Source: an uncultured Pirellulales bacterium
GTDB lineage: Bacteria > Planctomycetota > Phycisphaerae > Sedimentisphaerales > Anaerobacaceae
Direction: 5' to 3'
DNA: 42,932 nucleotides
NCBI GenBank assembly: GCA_964444715.1
Contig: CAYUIL010000001.1
Location: 5,139-48,070 of the forward strand
Shown piece by piece: positions 34,424-42,932 of this stretch. Below the pieces are notes generated by a model, which saw only the letters and a list, made by a program, of their open reading frames with translations, did not search any database and was not told the DNA's origin. A program made the position numbers and the translations under genes. How positions within the stretch are numbered: position 1 is the stretch's first letter; each line of letters begins with the position of its first letter.

Positions 34424-35536
34424 CTACGAGAGATTTATCGGCATCAGGACGTAGAGGAAATTAGCCCCTGCCTTGATAAGCCCCGGCGTATCCGCCTGGC
34501 CCAGTTCAAGCTCGAACTGCGGCTCCCTGATAACTCGTATGGCGTCGGCCAGAAACTGCGGGTTAAACCCGATTTCTACCGGCTCGCCCTTGTAATCAAT
34601 AGCGACATCCACCTCGGCGTCGCCCGTCTCGGGCGCTTTGCCCGAGAAGATGAGCCGGTCTTTGCTGACAGCCAATTTTATGCCTCTCGACTCCTCGCTG
34701 GTCAGCAGTGCCGCCCTTCGAACCGCGCTGAGAGCAGCATCGGTCGGCAACGTCAATTTCTTCTGGTAGTCCGTCGGAATTATGTCCTCATATTTAGGGA
34801 AGTTGCCGTCGACAAGGTTGGAGCAGACCATGACGTTGCCACAGGCGAACATTACCTGGTTGTCGGTGAGACGGACGGCGACTTTGTCTTTTTCACCGCC
34901 GGTGAGCTTTTCGAGCAAGGCCATTGTCTTGGCCGGCACAATCATCTTGGACGCGGCGGCCTTTTCGCTGGGGTTGCCCGCCAGATTGACACGGCTGCGC
35001 GCCAGCCGCCTGCCGTCAGTTGCGACTAAGGTAAGCTTTTTCCCCTTCATTTCCCAAAGCACGCCATTTATCGCGTAGCGGGTGCTTTCCTTGGCTGTTG
35101 CGAACAGTGACTGCGAAATACCGGCGCGCAGGTTGTCAAGCAGCACCTCAACATCCGGCTCGCCTGTGAACGCCGGTACCGGCGGATACTGGGATGGTTC
35201 CTGACCATAGATGGAGAAGTGGCTGTCAGCGCCTTTAACCTCACAAAGCCCTTCGGATGCTTGCAGCAGCAGTGTCTCATCGGTGCTTTCCCGCACGACG
35301 GCAGCGAGGCGGGCCGCAGGGACTACTGCCTGGCCTGATTGCTCAATGTCTACTGCCGGCAAGAGGTAGTTGACACCCACCTCTAAATCCGTCCCGTATA
35401 TTCGAACGCTGTCCTTTGCCGCGTCTATCTTGACGCATCGCAGGATGGGCTTTGGCGTCCGATCCGGGACAATTGTAGTCAGCAACGCAAGCGCCTGGTT
35501 TAATCCTTCTCTATTAAATTGCACCTTCATTTGCAT
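34424..35536 (-). CDS. dnaN: DNA polymerase III beta sliding clamp
   Basis: 370 aa. MKVQFNREGLNQALALLTTIVPDRTPKPILRCVKIDA is a canonical beta-clamp N-terminus, and the length fits three domains. Confidence 0.9.
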   Translation of the reverse strand: MQMKVQFNREGLNQALALLTTIVPDRTPKPILRCVKIDAAKDSVRIYGTDLEVGVNYLLPAVDIEQSGQAVVPAARLAAVVRESTDETLLLQASEGLCEVKGADSHFSIYGQEPSQYPPVPAFTGEPDVEVLLDNLRAGISQSLFATAKESTRYAINGVLWEMKGKKLTLVATDGRRLARSRVNLAGNPSEKAAASKMIVPAKTMALLEKLTGGEKDKVAVRLTDNQVMFACGNVMVCSNLVDGNFPKYEDIIPTDYQKKLTLPTDAALSAVRRAALLTSEESRGIKLAVSKDRLIFSGKAPETGDAEVDVAIDYKGEPVEIGFNPQFLADAIRVIREPQFELELGQADTPGLIKAGANFLYVLMPINLS

Positions 35537-35733
35537 ACCTCTCTTTTACCATTTAGGCTTCAGCTTTCGACCAAAGTAGATTACAAAAAAACCGTCCGCT
35601 CCACAACTGTTTTCTTTTCGCCCATAGCTCTTGTCCTACGCCGGTTACCATTGAGGCAAATTATTGACTAACAGAGAGGGTTGGGGTATCTTCAGCCACC
35701 TGTAAACACAGATTTTGCACTCGTCTCGGCCCC

Positions 35734-35747
35734 GCCCAGCGCTGGGC
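35734..35747. repeat. Third copy of the GCCCAGCGCTGGGC palindrome (aspS 5' region)
   Basis: A perfect 14-nt palindrome, followed by a second small hairpin TCGTAG-CTGGGA-CTACGA at 35753-35770. Confidence 0.7.
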
Positions 35748-35793
35748 AGGGAGTCGTAGCTGGGACTACGAACGGCTTTTAGGCGGACTTTTT

Positions 35794-37599
35794 ATGCTCA
35801 AACGGACGAAAACTTGCGGCGAGCTTCGGCTGAAAGATGTGGGCAAGCGCGTAATACTGGCGGGATGGGTAAGGTCCTATCGAGACCACGGCGGGCTGGT
35901 ATTCTTTGACCTCCGCGACAGGGAAGGCATCACGCAATTAGTATTCAATCCCGAAAAGTTCCCCGAGGCGCATAAGTCAGCGCAGGTGGTTCGCAGCGAA
36001 TGGGTGTTGGCGGCTGAGGGCGTCGTCGAGCCAAGAGGCGAAGGGCTTGAAAACCCGAAACTTGCTACTGGCCAGATTGAAGTGCTCGTTGAGAAGCTCG
36101 AAATCCTCAATACCGCAAAGACGCCTCCGTTTGAGATTGATACCGCCGAAAAGACCAGCGAGGAGGTGCGGCTGCAATATCGCTATATCGACCTGCGCAG
36201 GCCCGCGATGCAGGATAAGCTGCGAATCCGCCACCGCGTCACAAAAATCGCGCGCGACTACCTCGATTCGCTGGGCTTTTGGGAAATCGAGACGCCGATG
36301 CTGGCAAAGAGCACGCCCGAAGGGGCCCGCGATTTTCTCGTACCCAGCCGGCTGGTATCGGGCACGTTCTACGCCCTGCCGCAGTCCCCGCAGCTTTTCA
36401 AGCAAATCCTTATGATTAGCGGCGTCGACAAATACTTCCAGATTGTCCGCTGCTTCCGCGACGAGGACCCACGCGCCGACAGACAAGCTGAGTTTACCCA
36501 AATTGACGTTGAAATGAGCTTCGTCGATGCAAACGACGTCATAGGCGTCCACGAGGTGCTGGTGGCGAAAATCTGGCAGGCAATACTCGGCGTCGATGTG
36601 AAGACGCCGATGCGCCGGATGACCTACAAAGAGGCGATTGACGATTACGGCATCGACAGGCCCGACGTGCGTTTCGATATGAAGCTAAAAAACGTCAGCG
36701 ACATTGTCGCCAAATCCACCTTCAAGGTCTTCACGGGGGTTATTGGGGAGGGTGGAATCGTCAAGGGAGTTTGCGTGCCTGACGGCGGAAATAAATACTC
36801 CCGCAACGATATCGAAAAAACCCTGACTAACTTTGCCGCCGACTACGGCGCAAAGGGACTCGCCTGGTTCAAAGCAAAAAATGAGAACGGCAAAATGACG
36901 CTTACCAGCAGTTTATCGAAGTTCTTTACCCCCGAACAGCTCGAACAAATGGCCAATCGCTTCGGTGCAAAAGACGGCGACCTCGTGCTGCTTGTCGCGG
37001 GCGACGAAAAAGGCGTCAACAAGGCGCTGGCGCCGCTTCGATGCAGAGTCGCAAAGGACCTGAAACTCTACGACGAAAGCCGGTTTGAATTTGTCTGGAT
37101 TGTCGATTTCCCGCTGTTCGAGTGGAACGATGACGAGAAGCGCTACGACTCGATGCACCACCCGTTTACCGCACCTGTCCCGGCGGACATACCGAAGCTT
37201 GACACCGACCCGGCCCACATAACCGCTCAGGCCTACGACATCGTCGTCAACGGCTCGGAAATCGGCGGAGGCAGCATCCGTATCCACAGACCGGAAATAC
37301 AGGCAAAAGTTTTCGATTTGCTCAAAATTTCGAAAGAACAGGCACAGACAAGATTCGGTTTTTTCCTGCGGGCGCTTGAGCACGGGGCACCTCCTCACGG
37401 CGGAATCGCGCTGGGTTTCGACCGAATGATTATGCTACTGACGGGCACCGACAATATTCGCGACGTCATCGCCTTTCCTAAAACTCAACGAGGCCAGTGC
37501 CTGCTCACCAACGCACCAAGCGAAGTCGACCCAAAACAATTAGACGAACTGAATTTGCGAGCGCAGAAACATTCGCACGAATTTGAGCAGAAACAATAA
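35794..37599 (+). CDS. aspS: Aspartate--tRNA ligase
   Basis: Class IIb motifs: [13 protein letters not shown] (OB domain), [18 protein letters not shown] (motif 2) and [16 protein letters not shown] (motif 3). Confidence 0.93.
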   Translation: MLKRTKTCGELRLKDVGKRVILAGWVRSYRDHGGLVFFDLRDREGITQLVFNPEKFPEAHKSAQVVRSEWVLAAEGVVEPRGEGLENPKLATGQIEVLVEKLEILNTAKTPPFEIDTAEKTSEEVRLQYRYIDLRRPAMQDKLRIRHRVTKIARDYLDSLGFWEIETPMLAKSTPEGARDFLVPSRLVSGTFYALPQSPQLFKQILMISGVDKYFQIVRCFRDEDPRADRQAEFTQIDVEMSFVDANDVIGVHEVLVAKIWQAILGVDVKTPMRRMTYKEAIDDYGIDRPDVRFDMKLKNVSDIVAKSTFKVFTGVIGEGGIVKGVCVPDGGNKYSRNDIEKTLTNFAADYGAKGLAWFKAKNENGKMTLTSSLSKFFTPEQLEQMANRFGAKDGDLVLLVAGDEKGVNKALAPLRCRVAKDLKLYDESRFEFVWIVDFPLFEWNDDEKRYDSMHHPFTAPVPADIPKLDTDPAHITAQAYDIVVNGSEIGGGSIRIHRPEIQAKVFDLLKISKEQAQTRFGFFLRALEHGAPPHGGIALGFDRMIMLLTGTDNIRDVIAFPKTQRGQCLLTNAPSEVDPKQLDELNLRAQKHSHEFEQKQ

Positions 37600-37674
37600 C
37601 ATTATAGTTTATAATCAAACGGCGAGTTACATCACAATTTGTCGGAAAATTGTTTTTGTTCAAGGCAGACACTT

Positions 37675-38895
37675 ATGAAACGTAGCCATATTTTTTTGTC
37701 TTTGGTTTTTGCCTTTTGTTGCCTCGGCGATGCTGCCAGCGAGGTCGGGCCAAGACCTCCATATCACACCGGCTGGAGCACCATGTTAAGCTGTGGAGAT
37801 TGGATGGACCATAATCCATCGGTAATGAAACTCACCAATGGCTATCTCACAGCAGGCGTTTCTAACCGCAAAACGGATAAGGGAAACTATGAATACAAAG
37901 TCGTGCTGTGGAAGCTGGATGCCCGGGGAAAAGAGCTTTGGGTAAAAGATTTGAATCTTCCCGGCTTGCACCCGGATAGGCCCTTTTTGCCGGAGCGTTG
38001 TTTTTCGCTTCAAGACGAGCCGACGCTTTTGATTATCGAAACGCTGGGACCTAAACCAAGAAGGGCCTGGCTGATGCGGCTTGATGAGACCGGAGACGTC
38101 GTGTCCTCAAAGGAATTGGCACCTCGACAGGTCTTCGATATTCAGGGGCTGAGAAAAACAAACAATGGGCTCTTGCTATATGGCAGTGTCCACAAAGCAG
38201 ACAAAAATTCGGATGCCTGCGTGACAAAAATTACCTTCGATGGCAACGAGATTTGGCGTCGAGAGTTCGATAAAGGCAAAATGGAATGGGGAATGGGGCT
38301 GGCCCCGCAGAAAGACGGGGGGTTCATCCTTGCGGCTGATTCCGGCAACTACAATAAATTCGGCGGCGGTCCCTCCCAGGCCTGGATAATCAAATGCGAC
38401 CCTAATGGTAATATCTTGTGTGAAACAACCTTCGAAGGCAGACATCCAACCGTTACATTAAACGGCGACATAACGGCCGTCGTATTCAACAAGGAGGACT
38501 TCCCGCAACAGGATATGGCCGTTGTCGCACTGGATACACAGATGAAAACCCTGTGGCGAATAGATAGTCTTTTCGGTAAGACCGGCGGCTTGGGTATGCT
38601 CGCCACAACTGTCAATAAACAGGGAAATTTCATCCTCGCCGGCAGCAAATTTGGTGCTGCCGGACTCTGGGAAGTTAGTAAAGCCGGCAACCGCCTGCAG
38701 GAGATTGAAATCGAAGGAGCTAAGCATTGTGTCCGGTTTGATTGTCTGCTGCTAACACCAACCGGCTATCTCGTTGCAGGCAGCACCTCAAAGATGTCTC
38801 AAATGCCACTTGGAGCTGATGGCAAACGAGACGAGAACGTACAGTGGGACACTATGGATATTTTAATTACTGAGGTTGCCGACTTGTCCAAATGA
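37675..38895 (+). CDS. Hypothetical secreted repeat protein (beta-propeller-like)
   Basis: Signal peptide MKRSHIFLSLVFAFCCLGDAAS from ATG 37675. Recurrent ~45-aa units of the type DGGFILAG....d.W..K.d..Gn..W. I recognise no family. Confidence 0.55.
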   Translation: MKRSHIFLSLVFAFCCLGDAASEVGPRPPYHTGWSTMLSCGDWMDHNPSVMKLTNGYLTAGVSNRKTDKGNYEYKVVLWKLDARGKELWVKDLNLPGLHPDRPFLPERCFSLQDEPTLLIIETLGPKPRRAWLMRLDETGDVVSSKELAPRQVFDIQGLRKTNNGLLLYGSVHKADKNSDACVTKITFDGNEIWRREFDKGKMEWGMGLAPQKDGGFILAADSGNYNKFGGGPSQAWIIKCDPNGNILCETTFEGRHPTVTLNGDITAVVFNKEDFPQQDMAVVALDTQMKTLWRIDSLFGKTGGLGMLATTVNKQGNFILAGSKFGAAGLWEVSKAGNRLQEIEIEGAKHCVRFDCLLLTPTGYLVAGSTSKMSQMPLGADGKRDENVQWDTMDILITEVADLSK

Positions 38896-38996
38896 ATCCT
38901 CTTGATAAACTTGATTTGTTAGGCCAGAAGTTTTCACACAAATCAAAGCACGAATGAATTGGAGTGCGAGATTGATTGTATCGGTGAGTTAAAAAT

Positions 38997-39665
38997 ATGC
39001 TCAATCTGCGAACCATTTTGGCCAAGGTGCTGCGATACGAGATACCCCTGCGGCTCAAGGAACGCTCGTGGGGCTTTCGCATCGGCCTGTTTCTCGCCTG
39101 TCTGCACTTTACCTTCTTTGTTTCAAACGCGCTCTATATGATTGAGCACAACGAAGGACGCTGGCATATGTTCTGGATACTCTGCGGATACGCCGATTTC
39201 CCGGTGTCACTGCTGCTCACAAAAGTTATATTGCCTGTTCTATTTCCGGGCGGCCCTCTGCATCTGCGGGACCCGTTTATGGCTACAAACGCATCGACGC
39301 TTATGGTCTTTGCCCTGTTCTATGCTGTCGTGGGCACGGCCTGGTATTTCGCCCTGCCCATCCTTGTGCACAAGGCCTCCAGAAAAATCGCCACTACAAC
39401 AACAGGAGCGGTGGCTGTTGCAGCGATGATGATTATCCCCATCTTCGCACACTGGCTGCAATTGCTGCGGTTCATCGGCTATGATACCAAGCCCGTCGCA
39501 ATTGGGTTAAACAGCATCCTGCCGTGCGTGTGGACGGCTTTGCTTGTATGGCTGTTTCTTACAAGTGCGAGACGAAAGGTACTGCTGTGGCTGTTCTGTT
39601 TGGCGCCGCCGGTCTTTTATTATCTGGCGCAGGATTTATATTATATGTTGCGAACCAATCGTTAA
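38997..39665 (+). CDS. Hypothetical integral membrane protein (about 6 TM)
   Basis: 222-aa ORF dominated by hydrophobic helices, with no recognisable motif. Confidence 0.45.
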   Translation: MLNLRTILAKVLRYEIPLRLKERSWGFRIGLFLACLHFTFFVSNALYMIEHNEGRWHMFWILCGYADFPVSLLLTKVILPVLFPGGPLHLRDPFMATNASTLMVFALFYAVVGTAWYFALPILVHKASRKIATTTTGAVAVAAMMIIPIFAHWLQLLRFIGYDTKPVAIGLNSILPCVWTALLVWLFLTSARRKVLLWLFCLAPPVFYYLAQDLYYMLRTNR

Positions 39666-39687
39666 ATCGGAAACGCGAATTGAACTT

Positions 39688-41301
39688 ATGCGTCAGCAGA
39701 TACACAGAATTTATCACGCTGTCCTGGTTTTCCTGCACCTGTCGCCGCTTTCGCTGGCCGGCAAATGCCGGCTTGAGTTTGGCGCGGCAGTGGTGCTCAC
39801 CCTGGTGCTCGCATTGCTTATTCCCTATGCGTGGATGCGCCAGCTCACCAGACAGATTCTGCTCGATGCCAGCAGAGCCAGGGCAGAAACGCTGGTTCGC
39901 CAGCATTTCCAGACGCGCGCAGGCGGTGAAACCGCGCTGGCTGCGCTGGATGACCGCGGTAATGCGATGGACCCGAACAAAAGCGATATCCGCTGGGTTC
40001 GCTTCAAAAAGGCCGAAAAACGAATCGAAGGGCTGACCACGCAGCAACGACTTATGGTCGAAGTGCTCCTCAAAGACGAGGAAACCACCGACCAGATACG
40101 TTTTGAGAAGAAAAAACACACGCTCTACAGCAGCTACGCTCGCGTCTTTAGGGCGACCGAAGGATGCATAACCTGTCACAACCCCCAAGGTTCGGCGGGG
40201 GCTTTCAACCGCGGCGAGCCGATAGGTGCCGTGATAATCGAAAGGCCCGCCGCCGAAATACACAGAGCCGTTCTCCTCAACCGCGTATGGGTAATCGTTG
40301 CGGGCCTTATCAGCGGCACAGGTGCAATCGTGGCCTTCTACATCATAACCCAGCGTGTGATTTTACGACCGATTCGCCAGTTGCGCGCCTTGGCAAACAA
40401 TGTCGCGGAAGGCAACCTCGACATCAGAAGCTCTATAAACACACGCGACGAATACGAAAAGCTGGCCGAGGCCTTCAACCACATGCTCGACGGTCTGCAA
40501 GCCGCCCAGGAGAAACTTCGCCAGGCCAACAGACAGCTCGACGAAAAGATAATAGAGCTTTCAGGGCGAAATATAGAGCTTTTCAAGGCAAACAAGGTCA
40601 AGGGCGAATTTCTGGCCAACATCTCGCACGAGTTCAGAACGCCGCTGAATTCCATTATGGGCTTCGCCCAGGTGCTGCGCGACAAACCCGAGTTGGTCAG
40701 GGGAGAAAAGGGGAAAAGATACGCCGAGAACATCGTCGCCGGCGGCCAGCGACTGCTCAATATGATTAACGACCTGCTGTACCTTGTAAGAGCCGAGGCC
40801 GACAAGATTCAACTGCACATCGAACAAACAACCGCCGACGAAATCTGCAACGCCGTAGTCTCCTCGTTTTCCGAAATGGCGCAGGAAAAGAATATCAAGG
40901 TCAAACTTGAGGTGCAGAAAAATATCCCGACTTTTGTGACAGACGCCGGCAAAATCCAGCAGATTCTCGAAAACTATATGAGCAACGCCGTCAATTTCAC
41001 GCCCGAACAGGGCAAAATAGTGCTCAGGGCGGTAATGCTCGACGACAAGACCGTCCGATTCTCCGTAACCGACACCGGCTGTGGGATAGCCGAGCAGGAC
41101 AAGGAAAAGATATTCCAGAAGTTCGGCCAACTCGGTAACCCTCTAACGCGACAGTCGACCGGCACGGGGCTGGGACTTGCAATCAGCAAGGAACTGGCCG
41201 ACTTGCTCGCGGGACAGGTCGGCTTCGAAAGCCGGCTCGACAAAGGCTCGACCTTCTGGCTCGATATACCGCTGACTCTGGCCAAAGACCAGCAGCGGTG
41301 A
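39688..41301 (+). CDS. Sensor histidine kinase: periplasmic CXXCH (putative c-type haem) domain - HAMP - HisKA - HATPase
   Basis: I prefer ATG 39688 (MRQQIHRIY...) because the ORF-track start overlaps the previous CDS. Two TMs flank a ~170-aa loop with CITCH (40165-40179). There is a HAMP domain (RPIRQLRALANNVAEGNLD), an H-box ISHEFRTPLNSI and a G-box GTGLGLAISK. Confidence 0.8.
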   Translation: MRQQIHRIYHAVLVFLHLSPLSLAGKCRLEFGAAVVLTLVLALLIPYAWMRQLTRQILLDASRARAETLVRQHFQTRAGGETALAALDDRGNAMDPNKSDIRWVRFKKAEKRIEGLTTQQRLMVEVLLKDEETTDQIRFEKKKHTLYSSYARVFRATEGCITCHNPQGSAGAFNRGEPIGAVIIERPAAEIHRAVLLNRVWVIVAGLISGTGAIVAFYIITQRVILRPIRQLRALANNVAEGNLDIRSSINTRDEYEKLAEAFNHMLDGLQAAQEKLRQANRQLDEKIIELSGRNIELFKANKVKGEFLANISHEFRTPLNSIMGFAQVLRDKPELVRGEKGKRYAENIVAGGQRLLNMINDLLYLVRAEADKIQLHIEQTTADEICNAVVSSFSEMAQEKNIKVKLEVQKNIPTFVTDAGKIQQILENYMSNAVNFTPEQGKIVLRAVMLDDKTVRFSVTDTGCGIAEQDKEKIFQKFGQLGNPLTRQSTGTGLGLAISKELADLLAGQVGFESRLDKGSTFWLDIPLTLAKDQQR

Positions 41302-41317
41302 TGATACGAAATCAGAA

Positions 41318-41348
41318 GGGCTGCAAAGTTCAACTTGCAGCCCTTTTG
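41318..41348. terminator. Bidirectional intrinsic terminator between convergent kinase and GH12 genes
   Basis: GGGCTGCAA-AGTTCAAC-TTGCAGCCC, a 9-bp GC-rich stem. It is followed by TTTTG on the + strand and preceded by CAGAA (TTCTG on the - strand). Confidence 0.6.
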
Positions 41349-41379
41349 TTCTCAATCATATTGTATCGGCAATGCTCTG

Positions 41380-42932
41380 CTACTCGACGCCGGCCAGCCA
41401 GCTTTCGGCAAATAACTTCACGTCATCAAGCAGAACAGAGCCATCGCGGTTGAAATCGGCGCCGCCGCACCAGGAATTGCCCGCATTACAGCTAGTCAAA
41501 CGCCACTCGGCGGCAAAACGGGAGAAGTCCCCAAAGTCGAGACAACAGGGCGACAGGAGCATCCCGTCTATCACCTCTTGGATCGGATTCGGCCCCCAAG
41601 CCACTGCGATATTATCGTTGCCGCTGGCTTCTTTGTGTAATACCTCAATATAGTACTTCCCGCCGCTGACCAGCGGAATCGGCGATGACTGCTGCTCGGG
41701 GTACTTCGTCCACTCGCGAGAGTTCGTCCAGCCAGGCACATACGCAATCCGCGTCTTATTGGCCGGACTGTCGTCGGTGCTCAACCACATCTCGCTGTTG
41801 GCGTCGCTGGCAATCCAGAACGTGTAGCTGCCGTCATCCGCTGGATGCAGATACCCGCGAATCCGCGTGCCGTAGTTGTCCGCCCAGTTTGTCGGCCCTT
41901 CCAAACTCGTAATAAGCCCCCTGCCACTCGGGCTGTCGGGATAGTTCCCGGACGAGGTCAGGTCGCTGACCGCCGTCCCCGCAATGCCGGTCCACCATTC
42001 TCGCAAGATAGTGCCGGTGCCGCCAATCACCTGTATATTGACCGCTGGCGAAGTGGTTGCACCATACCTGTCATCTGTTGCTTTGGCAGTTAATCTATAG
42101 TAGCCGGTGGGCACATTATTCCAGGTGCAAGAATAAGGCGCAGTTGTGTCCTCACCCAGTTTTGTGGAACCCTGGTAAAACTCCACTTTGGTCACACTGC
42201 CGTCGCTGTCGGATGCATTCACGTCTATTGTGATATCTGAACCTGCAGGAAATTCATCACCATCCTCCGGCGAAGTGATTGAAACGGTTGGCGGGATGGT
42301 TGGAGGCAGGGCAGTGATTGAGGTTGAAAACGAATTATTCGTCAGACCTACGCCATCCGACCATATCTCAAAACCGGCCTCAATGTCCTCCAGGAAGTCT
42401 GCGTTGCTTATATAACCCCGGGCCGCGGCGTCGGCGATGAAAGGTTGAATATCGACGTTTAAGGTGTTGGTATCGGAAGCTCTTTTGTAAGCAATGTAGC
42501 TCCAGCTCGGCCCTCCCCAGTATAGATACCATGAGGTTCCCCCGATGTTCACGGTTGTAACATACGAGCCGCCGGGCCAGGCACCGCCGTTGGCGTCTAT
42601 CCAAATCATCAGTTCGGCGCTATAATTAGTTCCAACACCATATGGAGTGAACCAGAGGTCCAAAGAGACGTTCCATGTTCCAGCAGCACTGCCTGTGTTA
42701 ACATTCCAACTGACGGGAACACTCAGGAGATTCACCACCCTCACCGGCATGCCGCTGTCGTCCGTGCACGAGTCCCAGTGGCATCCTTTGTAGACCATTG
42801 GGTAAGAAGCCACGCAGCCACCGATGTGAGTAGAGTAAATTACCTGAAAATATGTCGAATCCAGGTTCACATCGATGCACTGCTCGCCTACACCCGGGCA
42901 CGAACCCCAAACATTGTTCATCACGTGGTATT
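41380..42932 (-). CDS. Glycoside hydrolase family 12 endoglucanase - Ig-like - PA14 - dockerin-like C-terminus (5' end outside window)
   Basis: GH12 hallmarks NNVWG, AELMIWIDANG and IEAGFEIW. An Ig-like module (PPTVSITSPEDGDEF...VEFYQGSTKLGEDTTAPYS). A PA14-like module (NYGTRIRGYLHPADDGSYTFWIASDANSEMWLS). The tail DFNRDGSVLLDD is dockerin/EF-hand-like. No signal peptide is seen and the frame is open at the window edge. Confidence 0.8.
   Translation of the reverse strand, partial: YHVMNNVWGSCPGVGEQCIDVNLDSTYFQVIYSTHIGGCVASYPMVYKGCHWDSCTDDSGMPVRVVNLLSVPVSWNVNTGSAAGTWNVSLDLWFTPYGVGTNYSAELMIWIDANGGAWPGGSYVTTVNIGGTSWYLYWGGPSWSYIAYKRASDTNTLNVDIQPFIADAAARGYISNADFLEDIEAGFEIWSDGVGLTNNSFSTSITALPPTIPPTVSITSPEDGDEFPAGSDITIDVNASDSDGSVTKVEFYQGSTKLGEDTTAPYSCTWNNVPTGYYRLTAKATDDRYGATTSPAVNIQVIGGTGTILREWWTGIAGTAVSDLTSSGNYPDSPSGRGLITSLEGPTNWADNYGTRIRGYLHPADDGSYTFWIASDANSEMWLSTDDSPANKTRIAYVPGWTNSREWTKYPEQQSSPIPLVSGGKYYIEVLHKEASGNDNIAVAWGPNPIQEVIDGMLLSPCCLDFGDFSRFAAEWRLTSCNAGNSWCGGADFNRDGSVLLDDVKLFAESWLAGVE

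Noticed and set aside
35654-35682. Possible sigma70 promoter for aspS (TTGACT-17 nt-TATCTT).
   Set aside because: It is a single weak -10 match without transcript data, and the promoter consensus for this lineage is unknown to me. It is not supportable as a feature.
35537-35793. oriC upstream of dnaN.
   Set aside because: There are only weak 6-of-9 DnaA-box matches, no AT-rich unwinding element and no adjacent dnaA.
37634-37660. AT-rich stem ACAATTT-GTCGGA-AAATTGT followed by TTTTGTT as the aspS terminator.
   Set aside because: The stem is a weak 7-bp all-A/T-plus-one-C/G stem that ends only 15 nt before the next start codon. It is plausible but not strong enough to annotate.

Overview
This is an approximately 43-kb chromosomal segment, mid-50s %GC by eye, from a Gram-negative bacterium. 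The gene content (GH12 enzyme with a dockerin-like tail, PEGA lipoprotein, ribosomal proteins with charged tails) suggests Planctomycetota/PVC, but that taxon call is inference only.

Gene content, left to right:
- Tail of an exosortase/PEP-CTERM-type exopolysaccharide locus: EpsI-family protein, a 1641-aa TPR giant, a Wzz/BY-tyrosine-kinase and an SDR epimerase.
- A PEGA lipoprotein and mlaE-mlaF.
- A YdiJ-like FAD/Fe-S oxidoreductase.
- An accessory-looking block holding two diverged SGNH-hydrolase paralogs, a GNAT, a cupin, a chimeric GNAT pseudogene and a membrane-anchored linalool-dehydratase-like protein.
- A long minus-strand housekeeping run: tRNA-Gln, glmU-prs-ctc-pth-rpsF-ssb-rpsR-rplI; then, at higher coordinates, rlmN, ftsK, a TPR lipoprotein and gyrB-DUF721(DciA-like)-dnaN.
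- aspS, two hypothetical envelope proteins, an orphan sensor kinase with a periplasmic CXXCH motif, and a 5'-truncated GH12-Ig-PA14-dockerin-like glycosidase.

I found no CRISPR array, transposase, integrase, prophage or recognisable defence or toxin-antitoxin module.

The most unusual signal is non-genic. Most spacers after stop codons carry GC-clamped hairpins or inverted arrays of degenerate 7-nt units, with a different 'word' at each locus. Several palindromic elements also sit in frame inside CDSs: three in rlmN, one in the ftsK linker and one in a signal peptide. One rlmN insert has a diverged second copy 3 kb away whose differences are mostly synonymous in the rlmN frame. A diverged segmental duplication (ydiJ 3' end plus SGNH gene) has left a GNAT::ydiJ-tail chimeric pseudogene.

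All homology statements come from reading motifs and from memory of protein families. No searches were run.
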